IMG/VR virus record: IMGVR_UViG_3300028394_002011
Reading direction: 5' to 3' (one strand)
Length of the DNA stretch: 64,000 bases
From: a virus
Under the pieces are notes generated by a model, which worked only from the letters and a program-made list of their open reading frames with translations, had not been told where the DNA came from and did no database searches. The translations under genes were made by a program, and so were the position numbers. This document shows, piece after piece, positions 58,685-64,000 of this stretch; the first letter of the stretch is position 1, and each line of letters starts with the position of its first letter.

Positions 58685-58878
58685 CATCAGCATTTATTAA
58701 ATTAATTTTAGGCATTGCACTAATTGTAATTGTTGTTGTGTTTGGCCCCATTGTAGGAATATGGAGCTTAAACACGCTATTTCCTGTGTTGCAGATACCA
58801 TTAACAGTAGAAACATGGTGTGCATTTTTCTTACTATTTGGAAGCATAACAGGCTTACGAATTGGTACAAACAAGTAA
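58681..58878 (+). CDS. Small membrane protein
   Basis: Two hydrophobic helices; start ATG 58681. Confidence 0.55.
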   Translation: MTSAFIKLILGIALIVIVVVFGPIVGIWSLNTLFPVLQIPLTVETWCAFFLLFGSITGLRIGTNK

Positions 58879-58887
58879 AGGAATAAT

Positions 58888-59073
58888 ATGGCAAATCCAA
58901 CTCCACCAGAAATATTGATTGCTGATTTTCAAACTAAGATTGATATAGTTGAAAACGATATTAAAAAATTGCAAGCAGACGGCTCTAGTCCGCGCAAAGT
59001 TGAAGCATTAACAGAATATAAAAAATATTTAGAAGACCAACTTAACTCAATGACCCATGGCGACAGATCTTGA
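58888..59073 (+). CDS. Hypothetical coiled-coil protein
   Basis: 61 aa, SD aagga. Confidence 0.5.
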   Translation: MANPTPPEILIADFQTKIDIVENDIKKLQADGSSPRKVEALTEYKKYLEDQLNSMTHGDRS

Positions 59074-59440
59074 AAGAGCACTTGATGAAAACAGAGCACC
59101 GTGGACCGGTATTGAATACCGAACTAAAGACTATTGGGTCTTTCGAGATGCATACCCTGTCACAGAAGGACATTTGCTTTTTGTGCCTACCAAAGAAGAC
59201 TGGGACCATCTCTGGGACTGCTACAAAGCCGCATACAAATTTGGCTACATGGGTGTCGAATCAGGCAAGTGGGACGCTTTCAATGTCGGACAAAACTGTG
59301 GCGAGGCTGCTGGTCAAACAGTAATGTATCCACACGTTCATATGATTCCAAGACGTAAGGGAGATATGCAAGATCCCCGTGGAGGAGTTAGACATGTTAT
59401 ACCAGAAAAAGGAAACTATAAAAATGCAAATAAGAGTTAA
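59057..59440 (+). CDS. HIT-family nucleotide hydrolase
   Basis: DAYPVTEGHLLFVP, FNVGQNCGEAAGQTVMYPHVHMIPR (first His of the triad replaced by Tyr). Confidence 0.85.
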   Translation: MATDLERALDENRAPWTGIEYRTKDYWVFRDAYPVTEGHLLFVPTKEDWDHLWDCYKAAYKFGYMGVESGKWDAFNVGQNCGEAAGQTVMYPHVHMIPRRKGDMQDPRGGVRHVIPEKGNYKNANKS

Positions 59441-59591
59441 AGAAAATCCAGAAGAGTTTGGAAAATGCGGTTGTGGTCGTAGTCCAACAGGCAAGTGTTG
59501 TGGCTGGCATGGTCTAACCGAAGAACAATATGCAGACCGTAAAGAGAAGTACGAAACAGGACAACAGGACCTAAGTGGCAAAGACATCTAA
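59424..59591 (+). CDS. CDGSH-like iron-sulfur/zinc finger mini-protein
   Basis: CGCGRSPTGKCCGWH follows C-x-C-x2-S-x4-C-x-G-x-H; start ATG 59424. Confidence 0.55.
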   Translation: MQIRVKENPEEFGKCGCGRSPTGKCCGWHGLTEEQYADRKEKYETGQQDLSGKDI

Positions 59592-59781
59592 TACTGTTAC
59601 TGTACTATGGGATAACCAGAATGGATTCTGGTGGAATGAAACCTGCGCTATTGTGTTAGAAGTATTTGGATTACCTGGAGATCGGTACATTACCAAACCC
59701 AGTCATGATGCCATGTTCTTTGATTTTAAAAACGAGAAGGATGCTGACTTATGCAGAATTTTACTAAGCGAGAGACTGTAG
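59575..59781 (+). CDS. Hypothetical protein
   Basis: GTG start; FWWNETCAIVLEVFGLPGDRY. Confidence 0.55.
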   Translation: MAKTSNTVTVLWDNQNGFWWNETCAIVLEVFGLPGDRYITKPSHDAMFFDFKNEKDADLCRILLSERL

Positions 59782-59966
59782 AAATAGCCGTAATTGCTAT
59801 TGCATTTTTAATATCAATTCCGATAATATTTTTATCATTGCCAAAAAAAGGCGATGTAATACGATACGATTGTTCAATATCCGAAATTAGCCCTGACTTT
59901 CCTTTAGAAGTTAAGGAACAATGCCGAAAACTTCGAGCAGAAAATATCTTGCAAAAACCTAAATAA
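59751..59966 (+). CDS. Small membrane-anchored protein with Cys pair
   Basis: One hydrophobic helix, then YDCSISEISPDFP..VKEQC; start uncertain. Confidence 0.5.
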   Translation: MQNFTKRETVEIAVIAIAFLISIPIIFLSLPKKGDVIRYDCSISEISPDFPLEVKEQCRKLRAENILQKPK

Positions 59967-59977
59967 ACCTATATAAT
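59949..59977 (+). promoter_or_regulatory. Sigma70-type promoter (with an internal TAAATA) for folE
   Basis: TTGCAA, 17-nt spacer, TATAAT; SD aggag precedes ATG 59996. Confidence 0.65.
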
Positions 59978-59995
59978 ACAAACATAGGAGTAATA

Positions 59996-60820
59996 ATGAC
60001 TAGAGAATTTAAACCCGATCCCGTAATGAACGGTGGCATTGATACAGAATTTAAAACTGACGAATATCAACCGTTAGGCAAAGAAGTATATGTAAAGGCC
60101 GCAGACATGATGTCTGATAAAGGCTATTCAGAAGGTTACCTCGGTGCAAATATTCGTGCTAGAATGAAACGTGATAAAAAACGTTTCTGGGCAGGAGATA
60201 ATATCAGCGATTATCTCCACGAAGGCGACAAAGAAAAATTAATCGACGAAGCAACAGAAGCCTTTGAAGAAGTACTCGATCGATTGCTTATTGATCGAGA
60301 AAACGATCCAAACTCAAAAGGCACAGCACGTAGACTTGCCAAGATGTACTTTAATGAAATAATGGCAGGTAGATATGAACCAGCACCAGACGCAACAGCA
60401 TTTCCAAATGATACGAAGGACCGTTACGAAGGTATGTTGGTTGTCCGTAGTGAGCTTCGCAGTATGTGTAGCCATCATCACCAACCCGTTACTGGCGTTG
60501 CTTATATTGGTATTATTGCGGCTGAGAAACTCATCGGACTTAGCAAGTATACAAGGATCGCTCAGTGGTGTGCCCGTCGAGGTACTCTCCAGGAGGAACT
60601 TTGTAATGACATTGCTAGGGAAATCCAAAAAGCCACAGGCGCTGAAAACTTAGGCGTATATATTCAGGCTATACATGGTTGTTGTGAAAATCGTGGAATT
60701 ATGGCACACTCAAGTCTTACACAGACTACTGTGCTACAAGGTACATTTAAGACTGACCCTGGAGCGAAGAAAGAATTTTTTGACAATATTAAAATGCAAC
60801 AGGAGTTTGCCCCAAGATGA
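59996..60820 (+). CDS. folE: GTP cyclohydrolase I with N-terminal extension
   Basis: TARRLAKMY, SMCSHHHQP, IGLSKYTRI, LQEEL, HGCCENRGI, EFF: Zn-binding C/H/C set. Confidence 0.93.
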   Translation: MTREFKPDPVMNGGIDTEFKTDEYQPLGKEVYVKAADMMSDKGYSEGYLGANIRARMKRDKKRFWAGDNISDYLHEGDKEKLIDEATEAFEEVLDRLLIDRENDPNSKGTARRLAKMYFNEIMAGRYEPAPDATAFPNDTKDRYEGMLVVRSELRSMCSHHHQPVTGVAYIGIIAAEKLIGLSKYTRIAQWCARRGTLQEELCNDIAREIQKATGAENLGVYIQAIHGCCENRGIMAHSSLTQTTVLQGTFKTDPGAKKEFFDNIKMQQEFAPR

Positions 60821-61035
60821 CGACAGCCCAAGATTTAACTAATCAATTAATACATCGTGCAAAAAATCTAAAAGAGTTTGTGGTAGAAAGAGATTTTGAT
60901 AGCATACCCGGTGGTATTGTTAGATTCAACATACAACATACAATAGGACAATCTGCTCGGTTATTTGTGCCTGCACTTACGCAAGCGGAAGCAGAAGAAA
61001 TGGTAGACGAATGGTTTGAGGAGGATGTAGAATGA
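60817..61035 (+). CDS. Hypothetical protein
   Basis: ATGA-coupled to folE. Confidence 0.55.
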   Translation: MTTAQDLTNQLIHRAKNLKEFVVERDFDSIPGGIVRFNIQHTIGQSARLFVPALTQAEAEEMVDEWFEEDVE

Positions 61036-61205
61036 ATCCAAAATATCTTTATACTATTAAGTGGACACAACCGTATGCCACTTGCCAAATGCGTCCGTAT
61101 CTTAGACACCTTCGCGAAGAATACGAAATTCAAATTGAAGCTAGGTTGGCCCGTGGTGAATTTGATGATGCAAAGAAAGTGATAAAAAGGATCATGTCAT
61201 TATGA
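61032..61205 (+). CDS. Hypothetical protein (57 aa, absent from the ORF track)
   Basis: MNPKYLYTIKWTQPYATCQMRPYLRHLREEYEIQIEARLARGEFDDAKKVIKRIMSL*; ATGA overlaps at both ends. Confidence 0.6.
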   Translation: MNPKYLYTIKWTQPYATCQMRPYLRHLREEYEIQIEARLARGEFDDAKKVIKRIMSL

Positions 61206-61528
61206 AATGGTTTAAAAGAATGATAGTCAAGTGGGTGCGAGAAGATTGGGAAAACGCTGGCCAAGACTCTCGTACAGAAGAAGATTGTTATGCAACTCCT
61301 AAAATGGGCCGCGGCAATCCTATCAGTACGATCAGTGGTCGTGCTCATATCGATAGCGAACCCACACTGCAATTCAAAGTTTATAGTGCAGTTGGTGGTA
61401 AGGTTGTGGAGTTCCATCGCTATGATCCTAAAACTGATCGTAATGATCGCCAGGTATACATTATTGGTAAAGACGAAGACTTTGGCGAAAAGATTGCTAA
61501 AATTTCAATGTTGGAGTCACTACGATGA
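61202..61528 (+). CDS. Hypothetical protein
   Basis: LQFKVYSAVGGKVVEF...YII...DFGEKIAKI; coupled to its neighbours. Confidence 0.6.
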   Translation: MKWFKRMIVKWVREDWENAGQDSRTEEDCYATPKMGRGNPISTISGRAHIDSEPTLQFKVYSAVGGKVVEFHRYDPKTDRNDRQVYIIGKDEDFGEKIAKISMLESLR

Positions 61529-61875
61529 AAATACAAGTGCCAGCCGAAGGCATTATGAAAACAAACGATTGGGGTGACAGTAGAGTCTACCGAATTGCTT
61601 GTAATTGCGGAGATGAAAATCACAATCACAACATGTGGGTAGAAGCAGATGATTGCGATATTGTTGTAACCATTTACACTACAGGCAAAACAAATTGGTG
61701 GAGTAAAACACGGTGGTATCATATTTGGACACTGTTGACCAAAGGATACATCGACACTGAATCTTCAGTTCACTTGACAAACCAGCAGGCTTTCAACTAT
61801 GCTAACACATTATTAAGTGCCGTACAAGACTTAGAACAATTTAGGAAAAAGAATGAGCAAACTAAAAATAGCTGA
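61525..61875 (+). CDS. Hypothetical protein with CxC...H motif
   Basis: YRIACNCGDENHNH; coupled to queE. Confidence 0.6.
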   Translation: MKIQVPAEGIMKTNDWGDSRVYRIACNCGDENHNHNMWVEADDCDIVVTIYTTGKTNWWSKTRWYHIWTLLTKGYIDTESSVHLTNQQAFNYANTLLSAVQDLEQFRKKNEQTKNS

Positions 61876-62704
61876 ATTATTTTATAGCATACAGGGTGAA
61901 GGACGCTACATGGGTGTACCGTCCGTTTTCTTACGAACATTTGGTTGTAATTTCAAATGTGCAGGCTTTGGTATGCCTAGAGGACAACTGAGTACTGAAA
62001 CAGAGTCAATTGCTGAACGTATTGCAGAATTTAAAACTTACAACGATTTGCCATTAGTAAGCACAGGTTGTGACAGTTATGCCAGCTGGGATCCACGTTT
62101 TAAAGACCTAAGCCCTTTGATGGAAACAGATGGCATTGCAGAACAGATTGTAGAAATACTGCCACATAAAACATGGGTTGACGAGCATTTGGTTATTACT
62201 GGCGGTGAACCGCTACTAGGTTGGCAACGTGCTTATCCTGATTTACTGGATCATGTTTATATGAGGCAATTGAAAGAAATTACTTTTGAAACAAATGGAA
62301 CTCAACTATTAACACCCGAATTTAAAGAATACTTGCAGGATTGGACCATGCGTATGCCTGGTGAACGGTGTGTGACATTTAGTGTTAGTGCCAAATTAAG
62401 TTGCAGTGGTGAGGCAAGACACGAAGCTATTAAACCTGAAGTTGTTAATGACTATCAAGATGTGGGCTATGTGTATTTGAAATTTGTAGTGGCAACTGAA
62501 GAAGATGCAGAAGAAGCAATTGAAACCGCAGACATTTATAGAGAAAATGGATTTACTGGTCCAGTATACTTAATGCCCGTTGGTGGTGTTGAAAGTGTTT
62601 ATGCATTGAACAATCGCCGTGTTGCAGAACTTGCTATGAAAAATGGCTTGCGCTACAGCGATAGACTACAAGTGCCGTTGTTTAAAAACGAGTGGGGAAC
62701 TTGA
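61853..62704 (+). CDS. queE: 7-carboxy-7-deazaguanine synthase (radical SAM)
   Basis: ELFYSIQGEG...VFLRTFGCNFKC...GCDS, VITGGEP, FETNG, SVSAKL, YLMPVG, RLQVPL. Confidence 0.88.
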   Translation: MSKLKIAELFYSIQGEGRYMGVPSVFLRTFGCNFKCAGFGMPRGQLSTETESIAERIAEFKTYNDLPLVSTGCDSYASWDPRFKDLSPLMETDGIAEQIVEILPHKTWVDEHLVITGGEPLLGWQRAYPDLLDHVYMRQLKEITFETNGTQLLTPEFKEYLQDWTMRMPGERCVTFSVSAKLSCSGEARHEAIKPEVVNDYQDVGYVYLKFVVATEEDAEEAIETADIYRENGFTGPVYLMPVGGVESVYALNNRRVAELAMKNGLRYSDRLQVPLFKNEWGT

Positions 62705-63138
62705 TGAAAAAATTAATCAAACGATTATTTGGTATTGATAAACTTGAAGCTGAAAAAACTCAAGCGCAAGAAGCACTGGCTCTAGCACAAGCAGAAACAA
62801 CCAAAGCTCAAGAATTAGAAGCTCAAGCTAAATTAACACCAAAAGAACGTGCTACTGCCAAAGGCGAGCCTTGGGTAGCTGTACTGGACACTCATGTAAA
62901 CAAAGATAATATACGTAATGGATTCTTTGAGCTTGACTGGAATGAGATATTTGTGTTAGAATTAAAACGTGCAGGATACGGCTACGATGGAGATCCTGAT
63001 GAAGAAATTGTAGATCGTTGGTTTAGAGATTTGGCAAGAAACATGTTGGGCGAAGCTGGAGTAGCTGATCCCGGACGTGTAGGTGCTGGATATATTAATG
63101 TAACAAAACTTGCCGATGGCAAAGCAGAGATAGAATGA
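62704..63138 (+). CDS. Hypothetical protein
   Basis: GEPWVAV...GFFELDWN...IVDRWF; TGATG coupling to queE. Confidence 0.65.
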   Translation: MKKLIKRLFGIDKLEAEKTQAQEALALAQAETTKAQELEAQAKLTPKERATAKGEPWVAVLDTHVNKDNIRNGFFELDWNEIFVLELKRAGYGYDGDPDEEIVDRWFRDLARNMLGEAGVADPGRVGAGYINVTKLADGKAEIE

Positions 63139-64000
63139 CACATATTATAGTTGATACTGCTAACACGTTCTTTCGTGCTAGACATGTGGTGCAAGGCAGT
63201 GCTGATATCAAACTTGGCATGGCTTTTCATATTACTTTCAACTCTATTAAAAAAGCATGGCAAGACTTTGGCGGTAGTCATGTGGTGTTCTGCCTCGAAG
63301 GTCGTAGCTGGCGTAAGGACTTTTATACTCCGTATAAGGCCAATCGTAAAGAAGCTAGAGATGCGTTAACTGAAAAACAACAAGAAGAAGACAAGTTGTT
63401 TTGGGAAGCATTTGACGAATTCAAAAAGTTTGTCACAGAAAAGACCAACTGCACTGTGATGCAACATCCTAATCTAGAAGCAGATGACTTAATTGCTGGC
63501 TGGGTACAAGCACATCCAGATACAAAACATGTTATCATCAGCACAGATGGGGATTTTGCACAATTGATTAACGCTAATGTGAGCCAATATAATGGCGTAG
63601 GCGATTTGCATATTACACACGAGGGCACCTTTGATGCTAAAGGTAAACCTGTTAAGGATAAAAAGACCGGTGAGCCTAAGGCCGCACAAGATCCAGAATG
63701 GATGCTGTTTGAAAAATGTATGCGTGGCGATACCAGCGACAACGTCTTTTCTGCATATCCTGGTGTACGTACTAAAGGCAGTAAAAACAAAGTTGGTCTA
63801 ATTGAAGCGTTTGAAGATCGTAAAAGCAAAGGCTACTCGTGGAACAATCTCATGCTTCAGCGTTGGACCGATCATAACGGTTTAGAACATCGTGTGCTAG
63901 AAGATTATCAACGCAACATACAGTTGTGCGACTTGACTGCACAGCCCGCTGAGATTAAAGAAAAGATTATGGAAACTGTGAAAGCAAATGCTGTTTCTAA
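63135..64000 (+). CDS. RNase H / 5'-3' exonuclease (T4 rnh-like, FEN/PIN fold), 3'-truncated
   Basis: Read by hand (no stop in the window, so absent from the track): MTHIIVDTANTFFR...WRKDFYTPYKANR...LEADDLIAG...IISTDGDFAQL...GDTSDNVFS. Confidence 0.88.
   Translation, partial: MTHIIVDTANTFFRARHVVQGSADIKLGMAFHITFNSIKKAWQDFGGSHVVFCLEGRSWRKDFYTPYKANRKEARDALTEKQQEEDKLFWEAFDEFKKFVTEKTNCTVMQHPNLEADDLIAGWVQAHPDTKHVIISTDGDFAQLINANVSQYNGVGDLHITHEGTFDAKGKPVKDKKTGEPKAAQDPEWMLFEKCMRGDTSDNVFSAYPGVRTKGSKNKVGLIEAFEDRKSKGYSWNNLMLQRWTDHNGLEHRVLEDYQRNIQLCDLTAQPAEIKEKIMETVKANAVS

Noticed and set aside
368-63829. The many minus-strand and alternate-frame ORFs in the track (e.g. 43520-44620, 51982-52569, 63323-63829)
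   Set aside because: They are shadows of well-supported + strand genes with no motifs or SD. The only exceptions kept are phoH and the Rz1-like lipoprotein.
1-64000. CRISPR array or tRNA genes
   Set aside because: Intergenic gaps are short; I saw no regularly spaced repeats and no cloverleaf with T-loop/D-loop consensus. A tRNAscan-SE/ARAGORN run would be the definitive check.
1-64000. Alternative genetic code (stop-codon reassignment)
   Set aside because: Known enzymes are full-length and tightly packed under the standard code, and TAA, TGA and TAG all end genes at sensible positions.

Overview
This window is 64 kb of a large, AT-rich, T4-like tailed dsDNA phage. The host is probably a Gram-negative proteobacterium, judged from spanins, an Azotobacter-type 7Fe ferredoxin and sigma70 promoters. 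It uses the standard genetic code, and every convincing gene except phoH is on the + strand. Gene order: (1) 1-21 kb tail/baseplate module, with a 5'-truncated giant fibre, a mosaic fibre, a LamG adhesin, a GT25 glycosyltransferase and an Ig-repeat baseplate-type protein carrying a complete animal-type heme peroxidase domain. (2) 21-25.5 kb: DnaE fragment, GroES, 2OG-Fe(II) oxygenase, clamp loader, ferredoxin, dCMP deaminase, PhoH. (3) 26.9-28.8 kb lysis cassette: GH19 endolysin, Rz with an embedded Rz1-like lipoprotein, holin. (4) 29-34 kb: oxygenase, DnaJ, peptide deformylase, ClpA. (5) 34-45.4 kb late cluster of putative head-packaged, prohead-protease-processed proteins, including an RNA-ligase-like protein, a HIGH-motif nucleotidyltransferase, Dps and membrane-helix proteins. 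(6) 45.4-50 kb: family B polymerase with a structured leader, UDP-glucose dehydrogenase, sliding clamp. (7) 50-62.7 kb 7-deazaguanine DNA-modification region (DpdA/TGT-like, DpdL-like, FolE, QueE), interleaved with two sugar oxidoreductases, a GT4 glycosyltransferase, a restriction-like nuclease, a cupin, a Gpt-like PRTase and a HIT protein. (8) An RNase H/5'-3' exonuclease runs off the end. The best candidates for new biology are the virion-embedded heme peroxidase, a possibly glycosylated deazaguanine system coupled to a nuclease, and the cassette-like injected head proteins. All family assignments come from reading motifs by eye; no database searches were run.
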